This document shows positions 18,236 through 28,449 of a DNA stretch of 64,000 bases, one piece after another. The translations under genes and the position numbers were made by a program. This stretch comes from Gemmatimonadales bacterium (GTDB lineage: Bacteria; Gemmatimonadota; Gemmatimonadetes; Gemmatimonadales; GWC2-71-9): the NCBI GenBank assembly GCA_041613315.1, contig JBFJHJ010000013.1, forward strand, positions 1-64,000. Reading direction: 5' to 3'. Under the pieces are notes generated by a model, which had not been told where the DNA came from, searched no databases, and saw only the letters and a list, made by a program, of their open reading frames with translations. Numbering within the stretch: the stretch's first letter is position 1; each line of letters opens with the position of its first letter.

Positions 18236-20148
18236 TGAGCGAGTTCTCGAAGGCGGGCGCCGCCGCCCACGCCTGGCCTGGCCGGCATTCCGACCCGTTC
18301 GCCGAACGCGTGGCCCTGCTGGAAGACGCGTCACGACTGCCGCCGGGCGAGCGGCAACACGCCATTGAATCACTGATCCGGGACACACGACCGGCCATTC
18401 GGGAGGGGGCGCTCCGGCTGGGCGCCTCGGTGCTGCCGGACGCCTCGCTGATCCGCATGCTCCGCGATGGCGCCGACGACCGGTTACGGAACGCCGCCGT
18501 CTCCATGGCCAAGATGCGGGGGGGGCGTGGGCTCAAGCTCGCCCTCGACTTGCTGAATGATCGAGACGCGGACGTCGTGCTCCAGGCGGTGGTGATCCTC
18601 GACCACTTCCGGGATCCAACCAGCCTCGGGTCGCTGCGCCCCCTCCTGCGTCATTCGAACGCGAACGTCGCGCAGGCGGCGATCGTGGCGATCGGCGGCC
18701 TGGGACACGACGGGGCGGCGGCCGACCTGTTGCCATTTCTGGAGGGCGACCTGTGGCTCAAGATCGCCGCGGTGCAGGCCCTCGGCCATCTGCGAGCGAA
18801 GAACGCCATCAAGCCATTGAGCCGCCTGCTCGACGATCCGATGCTGGGATCGTTTGTGGCGGAGGCGCTGACGCGGATCGGCGGCGCCTCCGCGTTTCGC
18901 GTCCTGTGCCGCGCCTGGCTTGCGACGGGATCGCCGAGTGACGATCTGCTCAAGCTGCTGGCGCACGTCGCCGAGGGACTGTCCCGCGCCCCGAAGAGCC
19001 CGGCGGGCTTTCAGGCAGCCCTCAAAGGGAAGCTGACGAGCGACGACGAGTCCGTGCAGCGCGCGGCGGCACGGTGTTGCCTCGCGCTGGGCCCCGGACC
19101 CAACGACGCCGAGGCGCTGGATGTCATGACCCACGCCGGCGCCCCCGACGTGCCGGTCTGCATGAGTCGCCGCAAGGACCTCATCGGGACGCTGCTGGCA
19201 CAACGCGGGACGCTGCGTCGATGGGGGTATCTGCTGGCGGCGAGCTACCCCGCGGCGGCCCCCCCACAGGCGGTCGGTGCGGCGCTGCGGGCATGTCACG
19301 GCGCGGAGCACGCAGACGTGATCGCCGCGGCGTTGCCGAAACTCCGGTCGCCCGGCCTGGCGGATGCGATCCTCGATCACTATCTGCAGCTCCCGGGCGA
19401 GGCGCGCGCCGCGTGGGGGCCGGTGCTCGCGGCGCACCGGACTGCGCTCCGGCAGGCGCTGGATCGGCGCACCGACCTGACCATGGGTGCGCGCGACGTA
19501 CTTGCCACCGTGCTCGCCGACTCGCCCGCCGCGATCATCGCAAAGCTGACGGATCTCCCCCCAGACGCCCGGGCCCGAGCGCTGACCCAACTGCTCGACC
19601 ACACGGCGGTCATGCGGCGCCTGCCGTGGGTCGCGTGGCTGGAGCAGGATCCAGGGACCTACGGCCCGCTCGCCGCCCAGGTGGCCGAGAAGGTGGACTT
19701 TCGGCCCCATTTGCCGGCGCTGCGCAAACTGCTCGTGCGGGAGCCGACGCCATACCTGTTGCGGATCATCGCCCGGGTCGGCGATCGGGACAGCGCCCGG
19801 TTGCTCGCCGAGCTCGCGGGACGGCGGGACCCTGGGCTGCAACCGTTCGTGTTGTCGGCATTGGGGGAGCTGGGCGGTGAGGATGCGCGGCAGGCTCTAC
19901 GCCGTGTCGTCGCGGCCGGAGACCATCACGCCCGGATCGCCCACAAAGCCCTCGCCGCCTGCGCGGTCGCCGAGGATCTCCCGATCTTCGTGTCAGCCGC
20001 CGGTCATGCCGATTGGTACGTGCGGCTGACGGCGGCACGGGCGCTGGTGCGGTTGGGGAATGACGACCATCTGCCCATCCTGGCCCAGCTGGCATCGGAT
20101 CCGATCCCGGTCGTGGCGCAGGGCGCGCGTGCCGCCCTCGAGCTCTGA
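18235..20148 (+). CDS. HEAT-repeat protein embedded in the che cluster
   Basis: Repeated LLxDxDxxVxxxAxxALG-type units (e.g. HADWYVRLTAARALVRLG); TGATG overlap with the MCP stop. Confidence 0.85.
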   Translation: MSEFSKAGAAAHAWPGRHSDPFAERVALLEDASRLPPGERQHAIESLIRDTRPAIREGALRLGASVLPDASLIRMLRDGADDRLRNAAVSMAKMRGGRGLKLALDLLNDRDADVVLQAVVILDHFRDPTSLGSLRPLLRHSNANVAQAAIVAIGGLGHDGAAADLLPFLEGDLWLKIAAVQALGHLRAKNAIKPLSRLLDDPMLGSFVAEALTRIGGASAFRVLCRAWLATGSPSDDLLKLLAHVAEGLSRAPKSPAGFQAALKGKLTSDDESVQRAAARCCLALGPGPNDAEALDVMTHAGAPDVPVCMSRRKDLIGTLLAQRGTLRRWGYLLAASYPAAAPPQAVGAALRACHGAEHADVIAAALPKLRSPGLADAILDHYLQLPGEARAAWGPVLAAHRTALRQALDRRTDLTMGARDVLATVLADSPAAIIAKLTDLPPDARARALTQLLDHTAVMRRLPWVAWLEQDPGTYGPLAAQVAEKVDFRPHLPALRKLLVREPTPYLLRIIARVGDRDSARLLAELAGRRDPGLQPFVLSALGELGGEDARQALRRVVAAGDHHARIAHKALAACAVAEDLPIFVSAAGHADWYVRLTAARALVRLGNDDHLPILAQLASDPIPVVAQGARAALEL

Positions 20149-20155
20149 GCACCCC

Positions 20156-21001
20156 GTGGCGCCGGCTACGACGCCCCGGTTGTCCGCCGAGGAGTTCCTG
20201 CTGTTCAACGAGCTGCTCGAGGCGGAGTACGGCCTCAGCTTTCCCGACCATAAGCGGGAAGTGCTGGAGTCGCGGCTTCGCCCGAGGCTCGAGGCCCTGC
20301 ACCTGTCGAACTTCATGGAGTACTACCTCACCGTGCTGGCGGACGGTGGGGCCGAGCGCCGGGAATTGGCTCGGGCCACGACGAACAACCATACGTACTT
20401 CTTTCGCGAGAGCGCCCAGTTTGAGGCGCTCTTCGAGCAAGGTCTCTCGCTTCTACGATCGGGCGCCGTCCTCCCCGGGGGGCTTCGACTCCTATGCGCC
20501 GGCTGCTCGTCGGGCGAAGAAGCCTACACGCTCAACTTCTACGCCTTCGATGGGCGCGTCGCCCCACACGATCTCCAGGTCCACGTCGATGCGTTCGACC
20601 TCGACGACGCCCGTGTCACGATGGCTCGGGGAGGCGAATACCGAGAACGGTCGCTGCGGCACATGGGCGCCGAGCGGGTGTCGCGGTATCTGACGGAAGT
20701 CGGCCCCGACCGCTATCGCGTCCACGATCAATATCGAGCGGGCATCCGTTTCTCGTGGGGGAATCTCGTCGTCCTTCCCTCCTTCCAGCGGCCGCTCCCG
20801 TATGACGCGGTGTTCTGCCGCAATGTGCTGATCTATTTCTCACCGGCCGCCCTCCAGCGGGCCGTCATGAATTTGGCCCACGTGCTGCGGCCGGGCGGCC
20901 TGCTGTTTCTTGGCCATTCGGAATCCATCATCGGCATGTTCGACTGCTTCGAGGCGGTGCGCCTCAAGGACATCGTGGCCTACCGGAAGGTGGTGCCGTG
21001 A
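20156..21001 (+). CDS. cheR: Chemotaxis methyltransferase CheR
   Basis: TTNNHTYFFRE, AGCSSGEEAYTL, YDAVFCRNVLIYF, GGLLFLGHSE; GTG start inferred. Confidence 0.93.
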   Translation: MAPATTPRLSAEEFLLFNELLEAEYGLSFPDHKREVLESRLRPRLEALHLSNFMEYYLTVLADGGAERRELARATTNNHTYFFRESAQFEALFEQGLSLLRSGAVLPGGLRLLCAGCSSGEEAYTLNFYAFDGRVAPHDLQVHVDAFDLDDARVTMARGGEYRERSLRHMGAERVSRYLTEVGPDRYRVHDQYRAGIRFSWGNLVVLPSFQRPLPYDAVFCRNVLIYFSPAALQRAVMNLAHVLRPGGLLFLGHSESIIGMFDCFEAVRLKDIVAYRKVVP

Positions 21002-22089
21002 GCCGCATCCGGGTGGCCGTGGTGGACGACTCCTCGTTCGTGCGTGCGGCCCTGACGCAGCTCTTGGGCGGCGATCAGCGGCTCACCGTCGTGGGGACGG
21101 CGGACTGCGGCGAGGCGCTGCTCGAGCAACTCGACGCGTGGCAACCCGACGTGATCACGTTGGATCTCGAGATGCCCGGGATGGGCGGCATGGCGACGCT
21201 CACCCGACTGATGGAAACACGGCCGACCCCTGTCATCATCCTCTCCACGCACTCGGGAGAGGGAGCGCCGCTGACGATCGACGCGCTGAGCCGTGGGGCC
21301 GCCGACTTCGTGGACAAGCAGGCGTATTCGCTGGTGGACTTCGCGTCCCTGCGATCGGTGCTGGTGGACAAGATCCTCCACCTGGCGCCCCGGCGGACGG
21401 AGAGCGCGCCCGCGGCGCCTCGTGCCCCATCGCCGAAGCGCGCACGGCCTGGGCGGGCCGGTGCCTACGAGCTCCTGGTCATCGGCGCGTCGACGGGCGG
21501 GCCGGCCGCGATCGAGCGGGTGCTCAAGGATCTCGGATCGGCGGTGCCGGTCGCGATCGCCGTGGTCCAGCACATGCCGGCGGGGTTTACCGGCGCATTC
21601 GCCGAGCGTCTCGACCGCGCGCTGCCGCTGGCGGTGTTCGAAGCGACGAGCGCGGACGCGGCGTTGCTGCCGGGAACGGTCGCGATCGCGACGGCCGGCT
21701 ATCACCTGCGCGTACGCCGCTCCGGCGAGCACCTGGTGACGGCGCTCGCGAACGAGCCGACGGACGTCTCGCACCGGCCGTCGGTCGACGTTCTCTACCG
21801 CTCCGCCATGGACACGGCGGGAGCGCGGACGGTCGCCGTGCTCCTCACCGGGATGGGCGCGGACGGCGCGAGCGGCATGCTGGAGTTGGAGCGCGCCGGG
21901 GCGCACACGATCGTGCAGGACGAAGCGTCCTGCGTGGTGTACGGCATGCCGCACGCCGCGGTCCGGCTCCACGCGGCGCGGGAGATCCTGCCCCTCGATG
22001 CGATCGGCGGTCGCGTGCGGTCGCTGATTCTCGGGAGCGGCCCCGCCGACGTGTCGGCGCCGGCCGATCCCCGGCGACTTGTCGGGTGA
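20998..22089 (+). CDS. cheB: Chemotaxis methylesterase CheB (REC + esterase)
   Basis: VITLDLEMP; IGASTGGP, VQHMP, RPSVDVL, LLTGMGADGA, VVYGMP. Confidence 0.96.
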   Translation: MSRIRVAVVDDSSFVRAALTQLLGGDQRLTVVGTADCGEALLEQLDAWQPDVITLDLEMPGMGGMATLTRLMETRPTPVIILSTHSGEGAPLTIDALSRGAADFVDKQAYSLVDFASLRSVLVDKILHLAPRRTESAPAAPRAPSPKRARPGRAGAYELLVIGASTGGPAAIERVLKDLGSAVPVAIAVVQHMPAGFTGAFAERLDRALPLAVFEATSADAALLPGTVAIATAGYHLRVRRSGEHLVTALANEPTDVSHRPSVDVLYRSAMDTAGARTVAVLLTGMGADGASGMLELERAGAHTIVQDEASCVVYGMPHAAVRLHAAREILPLDAIGGRVRSLILGSGPADVSAPADPRRLVG

Positions 22090-22091
22090 CC

Positions 22092-22454
22092 ATGACGCGC
22101 CGAATCTTGGTGTGCGACGATGCCATGTTCACGCGCGGCATGCTGGGCGGGATCTTCGCCGGTGCCGGCTACGACGTCGTCGGCGAGGCCGAGTCCGGTG
22201 TGGAGGCGGTGGCGCAATACAAGCGCCTGCGGCCGGACGTCGTGACGATGGACATCGTGATGCCCGGCCTGGGCGGGATCGACGCCGTGCGCGAGATCCT
22301 GGCGTTCGACCCGGACGCGCGGATTATCATGTGCAGCGCCATGAATCAATCGAAGCTGGTACAACAGGCTCTGGACGCGGGCGCCAAGGAGCTGATCGTC
22401 AAGCCGTTCGTGACCGCGGACGTGCTCGCGGCGATCGAACGCGTCCTGTCATAG
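22092..22454 (+). CDS. cheY: Chemotaxis response regulator CheY
   Basis: ILVCDDAMF, PDVVTMDIVMP, MCSAM, IVKPF; adjacent to cheC. Confidence 0.88.
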   Translation: MTRRILVCDDAMFTRGMLGGIFAGAGYDVVGEAESGVEAVAQYKRLRPDVVTMDIVMPGLGGIDAVREILAFDPDARIIMCSAMNQSKLVQQALDAGAKELIVKPFVTADVLAAIERVLS

Positions 22455-22475
22455 CACGGACCGGAGGAGACGCGC

Positions 22476-23093
22476 ATGCCCGGCGAGGCGCTGACGGAAC
22501 GGCATCAAGATGTGCTGCGCGAGGTGGCCAACATCGGCGCGGGGCACGCCGCGACCGCGCTCGCCACCCTCACCCGCCAGCGCATCCTGATCAGCGTTCC
22601 CCGCGTGATCATCGCGCCGTTCCGCGAAGCGGCGACCCTGCTCGGAACGGCCGACGCCCCGGCCGTCGCCGTGAGTATGCAGATCCTCGGCGATCTGCAA
22701 GGGAAGGCGATCTTCCTGATGGCGGAGCGCGACGCGCGGCACCTCTGCGATCACGTCCTGCTGCGACCCCAGCACACGACGGTCGAGCTCGAGGAAATGG
22801 AGCGCTCCAGCCTCAAGGAGGTCGGCAACATCCTGGCCGGCGCCTATCTGAACGCCGTCGCAGAGTTGATGCGCATGACGCTGCTGCCGTCGGTGCCCAC
22901 GCTCGCGGTCGAGCCGGCGGGCGTGGTGCTGTCGCACGCTCTCGACGCCGCCCCACCGAGGGGTGAGATCGTCCTGTCGGTGGAGACCGAGTTTCACATC
23001 GTCGGCGTCGAGCCCGTGCCGCTGGGCCACTTCTTGTTATATCCCGACCCACCGGCCCTCAGGGCGATATTCGACGCGCTCAACGTCAGCTGA
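22476..23093 (+). CDS. cheC: CheY-P phosphatase CheC
   Basis: Two ExxN motifs: DVLREVANIGAGHAATAL and SSLKEVGNILAGAY. Confidence 0.92.
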   Translation: MPGEALTERHQDVLREVANIGAGHAATALATLTRQRILISVPRVIIAPFREAATLLGTADAPAVAVSMQILGDLQGKAIFLMAERDARHLCDHVLLRPQHTTVELEEMERSSLKEVGNILAGAYLNAVAELMRMTLLPSVPTLAVEPAGVVLSHALDAAPPRGEIVLSVETEFHIVGVEPVPLGHFLLYPDPPALRAIFDALNVS

Positions 23094-23142
23094 TGTCGTC
23101 GCAGCGTTCAGCGGCCCGCGGCTCGCCCTCATGACATCGGCG

Positions 23143-24102
23143 TCAGCGCGCGGGCCTGCCCGGTAGCCAGGCCGCGGTGGCCGGATGAAGCGGGATCGGG
23201 GCGCGCTCCAACGCCCCGAGGTCGATCTGGCGCGCGATCTCGCTCACGCGGACCAGGCCCGCCCGCTCGTCCCGCAAGATGTCGAGCAACCGTCGCACGA
23301 CCCCTGCGTCGAGCCGTTCCGTGCCGACGATCCAGTTCATCACGGCAAGTGTCGGGACGTCCTGCGCAACGCCAGGGTACGTCCCCGCCGGGATCGCACT
23401 GCGGGTGTAATACGGGTAGCGCGCCACGAGCGCCGCTAGCCCCGCGGCGTCGACCGGCAAGAGCCGCACGCCGCCGGTGGTGGTGGCTTCGAGAACGGCG
23501 GACGCGGGGTAGCCGACCGAGAAGATCGCCGCATCGATCGCGCCGTCGCGCAGCGCGTCCGCCGACTCGCGAAACGAGAGATAGCGCGCGTCGATGTCGT
23601 CGTAGTCAATGCCGTAGGCCTCGAGGAGCTGCCGGGCCAGTTGCTCGGTCCCGCTGCCGGGCGAGCCGACCGAGACACGGCGGTTCCGGAGGTCGGCGAC
23701 GGAGCGAAGAGCGGCGCGTGCCGGCACGAGGATGTGTGTCAGGTTGGGATAGAGCGGAGCGACGATCCTGAGGTCGCCGAGGGGGCGGGGGAAGTCCTGT
23801 CCACCGTGGTACGCCTCGTACACGGTGATGGCCATCGCGAAGCCAAGGTCCATCTCGCCTCGGGCCACCCGATTCACATTCTCCACGGATCCGCCGGTGA
23901 CCTCCGCCGTGAACCGCCGTGTGGAGTCCGCGGCCGACAGCCGGCTCGCCAAGGCGCCGCCCAGAGGATAGTAGACCCCTCCGGTGCCCGCCGTCCCGAT
24001 GCTCAGGAATCGCCCCGTGCCGGGGGCCCTGCCGCAGGCGGACACCGAGCACGTCGCCAGGATGGCGGCCACGACCACCCTACGCCGGGCGGGTCCGCGC
24101 AT
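23143..24102 (-). CDS. TAXI-family TRAP transporter solute-binding lipoprotein
   Basis: IGTAGTGGVYYPLG, TGGSVENV, VSVGSPGSGTE, PIPLHP; lipobox VSAC. Confidence 0.92.
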   Translation of the reverse strand: MRGPARRRVVVAAILATCSVSACGRAPGTGRFLSIGTAGTGGVYYPLGGALASRLSAADSTRRFTAEVTGGSVENVNRVARGEMDLGFAMAITVYEAYHGGQDFPRPLGDLRIVAPLYPNLTHILVPARAALRSVADLRNRRVSVGSPGSGTEQLARQLLEAYGIDYDDIDARYLSFRESADALRDGAIDAAIFSVGYPASAVLEATTTGGVRLLPVDAAGLAALVARYPYYTRSAIPAGTYPGVAQDVPTLAVMNWIVGTERLDAGVVRRLLDILRDERAGLVRVSEIARQIDLGALERAPIPLHPATAAWLPGRPAR

Positions 24103-24126
24103 TGGTCGGCTCCCTCTCAGATCCGG

Positions 24127-26013
24127 TCATGGCGGCGCCGCGGGGGGCGCCGTGGCCGCGGTTCCGGATGTCTGTTTCACGAAGATGGCGGCAGTCACCA
24201 GCAACCCCAGCGCATCGGTGACGGGCTCGGGCCAGATGAGGCTCACGGCCGCCGCGGCCAGGACGGCCCGCTCCCACGTGGAGAGCGGCCGGCGGGCGTA
24301 CCCCATCGCGGCCGCAGCGAGGGCGGTGACGCCGACCCCGGCGGTGAGTGCCGCACCCACCACGCCCAGGATCGATCCCTGCAGCACGAGCGGCGGGCCG
24401 TACACGAACATGAACGGCACCACGAACCCGGCGGTCGCCAGCGTGAAGGCGGTGAGCGCGGTCCGCATCGGCGGCGCACCGGCTATCCCGGCGGCAGCAT
24501 AGGCGGCCAACGCCACGGGCGGTGTGACGTTCGATAGGCACCCAAAGTAGAAAATGAACAGATGCGCCGCGAGCACCGGCACCCCCAGCTCGGTGAGCGC
24601 CGGCGCCCCCAAGGCGGCGAGCACGATGTACGCCGCCGTCGTTGGGAGCCCCATGCCGAGGACGATCGACCCGAGCGCCGTGAGGACCAGCGCGATCGGC
24701 AGATGGCCCGCGGACAGGGTGATGATCAGCTCGGACATCCGGAGGCCGATACCGGTCAGGGACGCCACCCCGACGACGATTCCCGCGGCGGCGCACGCCG
24801 CGGCGACCTGCACCGTGCCGGCGGCCGCCGCCACCAGCGCACGGCGGGCGCGTGAGGCGTCGAGTCGGGTGGCGCGTCGGGCGAGCGCGAGTGCGACCGC
24901 GCTGACGATACCCCAGAACGCCGCTCGCATGGGCGAGCGCCCGACGGCCAAGAGGGCCACGATAATGCCCAGGGGCAGGAGGAGGTGCAACCTCGGCGCG
25001 ACCGGCTCGAGATCGCTCCGCGCCCCAGCGGCGAGCCCCATGCGGCCCGCGCGAAAATGGATCGCTGCCAACAGGGCGGCGTAATACAGCAGGGCCGGTA
25101 CCGCCGCGGCCGCGGCCACCCGCACGTAGGGAATGTTCGTCCACGTTGCGAGGATGAACGCCCCTGCGCCCATGATCGGCGGCATCAGTTGGCCGCCGGT
25201 GCTGGCCGCAGCCTCGATGGCGGCGGCGAAGTGCGGGCGGAACCCCGCCCGCTTCATGATGGGGATCGTGAACGTCCCGGTCGTCACCACGTTGGCCACG
25301 GCGCTCCCCGAGACGGAGCCCATGAGCGCGCTGGCCACCGCGGCCGTCTTCGCCGGGCCGCCACGCGTGGCGCCGGCGATCCGCTCCGACAGCGCGATGA
25401 GCAGTGCGCCGCCTCCGGCCGCGTCTAAGAGGGCGCCGAAGAGAATGAACAGGTAGACGAAATCCGCGGACACACCGAGGGGCACCCCCCAGATACCCTC
25501 GGTGCTGAGATAGAGGTGCTCGATCACCCGGCTGAGCGGATACCCGCGATGCGCAAGGATGCCCGGCAGGTACGGGCCCGCGACGGCGTACGCGAGCGCG
25601 AGCGCGGCGACCGCGACGAGCCCCCACCCCGTGGCCCGCCGCGCCAGCTCCAGCACCACCACCAGCGCCACGGCACCCATCGCCACGTCCAGGGCGGTCG
25701 CGGTACCCGCCCGGCGCACCAAGACGTCGTGCTCGAGGACGAGGTAGGCGCAGGGAACGACGGCCGCCACGATGAGCAGCGCCTGCACCGTGCGAGCAAT
25801 GGTGGTGGGGCGATCCGCCGGCTCCGCCACTCCTTCCGACCAGCGGCTGACGCCGAGGCCCCAGAAGGCCAGCCCCGCCATCAGGGCGAGATGGACGGGC
25901 CGCTGCACCAACGCCGTGAACGGGGACACGCCGGCGGCGTAGAGGTGAAACGCCGCGGCCGCCACCGCGAGGATGGGGATCACCCACGCCGCCGCGCGCC
26001 GTCCCCCGCCCAC
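24127..26013 (-). CDS. TRAP transporter fused 4TM/12TM permease (TAXI type)
   Basis: GSVSGSAVANVVTTG, ASTGGQLMPPIMGAGAF, LGMGLPTTAAY, SNVTPPVALAA; start approximated at GTG 26013. Confidence 0.9.
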   Translation of the reverse strand: MGGGRRAAAWVIPILAVAAAAFHLYAAGVSPFTALVQRPVHLALMAGLAFWGLGVSRWSEGVAEPADRPTTIARTVQALLIVAAVVPCAYLVLEHDVLVRRAGTATALDVAMGAVALVVVLELARRATGWGLVAVAALALAYAVAGPYLPGILAHRGYPLSRVIEHLYLSTEGIWGVPLGVSADFVYLFILFGALLDAAGGGALLIALSERIAGATRGGPAKTAAVASALMGSVSGSAVANVVTTGTFTIPIMKRAGFRPHFAAAIEAAASTGGQLMPPIMGAGAFILATWTNIPYVRVAAAAAVPALLYYAALLAAIHFRAGRMGLAAGARSDLEPVAPRLHLLLPLGIIVALLAVGRSPMRAAFWGIVSAVALALARRATRLDASRARRALVAAAAGTVQVAAACAAAGIVVGVASLTGIGLRMSELIITLSAGHLPIALVLTALGSIVLGMGLPTTAAYIVLAALGAPALTELGVPVLAAHLFIFYFGCLSNVTPPVALAAYAAAGIAGAPPMRTALTAFTLATAGFVVPFMFVYGPPLVLQGSILGVVGAALTAGVGVTALAAAAMGYARRPLSTWERAVLAAAAVSLIWPEPVTDALGLLVTAAIFVKQTSGTAATAPPAAPP

Positions 26014-26024
26014 CGCCGCCCTCG

Positions 26025-27341
26025 CTACAGTCCGCGAGTGATGTACGTGCGCACCGCTTCCGCCGCGCGCGCGATCTCCTCGTGGAGGTTGTAGAAATGC
26101 GGCGAGAAGCGGATGCCGGGCCGGTCCTCGCCCCGACGGACCGCGCAGATGATGCCGTCGTTCTCGTACAACGCGGCCGCGAGCGTTCGGGGATCGAGGG
26201 CGCCCGGCCGCAAGGAGACGACGGCGGCGGAACGTTCCGGATCGGGGTGGGTCCACAGCTCTATTCCGGCGATCCCTGCGAGGGCCTGCATCAGCGCCTG
26301 CGCCAACTCTCGCACGCGGGCCTCGATGCGTGACAGACCGATGCCGGTCTGGAAGCGCAGCGCCTCACCGAACCCGATAATTGCCGGCTCGTCGCGCTGG
26401 CCCAACCCTTCCATGTCTCGGGAGATCCCGACCGCGCCCGGGTAGAGGCTCACCACGCTGGGCGCCAGCCGGTCATGGACCTCGCCGCGGACGTAAAGGA
26501 CGCCGCACTCCCGCGGCCCGCACGGCCACTTGTGCGCACTGCCGGTGAAGAAGTCGGGCCCGAGCCGCCCGAGGTCCACCTCGAGGACGCCGAACGACTG
26601 CGCGCCGTCCACCAGGGAGAGCGCGCCGCGGGCGCGGGCCAGGCGGCAGAGCTCGGCAACCGGGAAGGAGTCGCCGACGCTGTTCGTCACGTGAGTGAAC
26701 GCGATCAGGCGGGTTCGGGATGTCATCGCGCGGCGAAACGCCTCGACGTAGTAGTCCGGGCCGGGATGGGGTTGAACCTGCTCGACCGCGGAGACGCTGA
26801 AGCCGAAGCGCGCGGCCTTCTGCCGCCACGCGGCATGATTGCTGGGATGGTTGTCCGAGAAGATGATCACCTCGTCGCCCGGACCGAGATCGAGGCCGCT
26901 CGAAACCAGATTGTTGGCTTCGCTCGTATTGCGAGTGATGACGATTTCCTCGGGCGTCACCCGCAGGTACTCGGCGAGGAGCCGACGCGTCGTCTCTTTG
27001 CCCTCTCGCAGCTTCACGCGGTTCTGTGGAGAGGGGTCGCGGTCCACGTCACGCGTGTGCTCGTACAGCGACGCCAGCACCGGAGCCGGTGACGGGCAGA
27101 GGTTCGCGGCGTTGAGCGGCGCCAGTTCGCGGGGTACGAGGAAGCGGGCGCGGATCTCTTCCCAGAACCGCTCGGTGGCTTGCGCCGGGGGCGCGGGCAG
27201 CGGTTCGAGCGCGCGACGGTGCGCCGCCGTAGTCGCCCGGGCGGGCGTCGGGAGCAGCGCGGCCGTCCCCCCCGCCACCAGCCACCGTGTGAAATGACGT
27301 CGGGTCATCCGGCGGCCGCGGGCTCCAACTGGGCGAGGCAT
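26025..27341 (-). CDS. Class V PLP-dependent aminotransferase (isopenicillin N epimerase/SufS-like) with Tat-like signal
   Basis: ITRNTSEANN, VDGAQSFG, FTGSAHKWPCGP (PLP Lys), RFSPHFYN; TRRHF twin-arginine segment. Confidence 0.88.
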   Translation of the reverse strand: MPRPVGARGRRMTRRHFTRWLVAGGTAALLPTPARATTAAHRRALEPLPAPPAQATERFWEEIRARFLVPRELAPLNAANLCPSPAPVLASLYEHTRDVDRDPSPQNRVKLREGKETTRRLLAEYLRVTPEEIVITRNTSEANNLVSSGLDLGPGDEVIIFSDNHPSNHAAWRQKAARFGFSVSAVEQVQPHPGPDYYVEAFRRAMTSRTRLIAFTHVTNSVGDSFPVAELCRLARARGALSLVDGAQSFGVLEVDLGRLGPDFFTGSAHKWPCGPRECGVLYVRGEVHDRLAPSVVSLYPGAVGISRDMEGLGQRDEPAIIGFGEALRFQTGIGLSRIEARVRELAQALMQALAGIAGIELWTHPDPERSAAVVSLRPGALDPRTLAAALYENDGIICAVRRGEDRPGIRFSPHFYNLHEEIARAAEAVRTYITRGL

Positions 27342-27453
27342 GGCGCGATCTCCGTGCGGGGTGTCCCTACAATACCGGCGCGCCGACGGCGGGACCAGAG
27401 CGCCGACGGCGCCTCGCTGGCGTTTCCGGCGCTCCCCGCCTAGGCTACGAGCC

Positions 27454-28215
27454 ATGTCGCCCTGGGTCACGCGCCTGCTCGTCGCCAACGTGGTGATGTT
27501 CTTCCTCACGATGGTGTTCCCGCAGCTCCGCTACGCGCTCGGGTTCGTACCGGAACTCGTGCTCCAGCGGCCGTGGACGATCGTCACCTACATGTTCCTG
27601 CATCAGGGCATCCCCCACATCTTCTTCAACATGTTGGCCCTGTATTTCTTCGGGCCGCAGCTCGAAGCGCGATTGGGCGGCTCCCAGTTCCTCGGGCTGT
27701 ATTTCACCAGCGGGCTCGTGGGGGCCGCTCTCTCGCTCGCGACGCCGTCGGTGATTATCGTGGGAGCGTCCGGCGCGGTGTTTGGCGTTCTCATTGGGTT
27801 CGCGCGATACTGGCCGCGCGCGCGGATCTACATCTGGGGCGTCCTTCCGATCGAGGCGTGGCTGCTGGTCGCCCTGATGACGGGATTCTCGCTGTGGTCG
27901 GGACTGTCGGGGACGGGGCAGGGCGTGGCGCACTTCGCCCACCTGGGAGGCTTCGCGGGCGGGTTCCTCTATCTCAAGGTGATGGAGCTCCTGTCGCCGG
28001 CCCGACGGTTCCGCGTCAAGGCCGGCGCCGCGGGCGCGCGGCCCTCCGGTGGTACCCGGCGCGACGCCGCGCGCTGGTCAGCGATTCGGCGCGGCGACCT
28101 CCACGAGGTGAACCGCGCCGAGCTCGATCGGCTGCTGGACAAGATCCGCGACACCGGGATCGGCAGCCTCACGCCGGACGAGCGCGCGTGGCTCGACCGG
28201 TTCAGCACGAGCTAG
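27454..28215 (+). CDS. Rhomboid family intramembrane serine protease
   Basis: PWTIVTYMFLH, HIFFNM, GASGAVFG, AHFAHLGG; C-terminal LDRLLDKI helical domain. Confidence 0.92.
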   Translation: MSPWVTRLLVANVVMFFLTMVFPQLRYALGFVPELVLQRPWTIVTYMFLHQGIPHIFFNMLALYFFGPQLEARLGGSQFLGLYFTSGLVGAALSLATPSVIIVGASGAVFGVLIGFARYWPRARIYIWGVLPIEAWLLVALMTGFSLWSGLSGTGQGVAHFAHLGGFAGGFLYLKVMELLSPARRFRVKAGAAGARPSGGTRRDAARWSAIRRGDLHEVNRAELDRLLDKIRDTGIGSLTPDERAWLDRFSTS

Positions 28216-28224
28216 GCGCCCGGC

Positions 28225-28440
28225 TCACTCCCGCCGCAACGAGTCGAGCAGCCGGTTGCGCGCCGCGGCGGTGTCGACCGCCTCGAGCGCCTTCTGAATG
28301 CCGCGCGCGCCCGGCAGCCGCGACGCGCCGAGAACGCTGTCGCGCTGCCGCTGGGTGAGGGTGTCGCGTGGTGACTCGCCGCTGTCCTGACCACCGCATG
28401 CAGCGAGAAGCAGGGCCACGACCAGGGCAGTCCCCCGCAT
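28225..28440 (-). CDS. Small lipoprotein, unknown function
   Basis: MRGTALVVALLLAAC lipobox; fits tightly between neighbouring genes. Confidence 0.7.
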   Translation of the reverse strand: MRGTALVVALLLAACGGQDSGESPRDTLTQRQRDSVLGASRLPGARGIQKALEAVDTAAARNRLLDSLRRE

Positions 28441-28449
28441 TGGGCTTCG

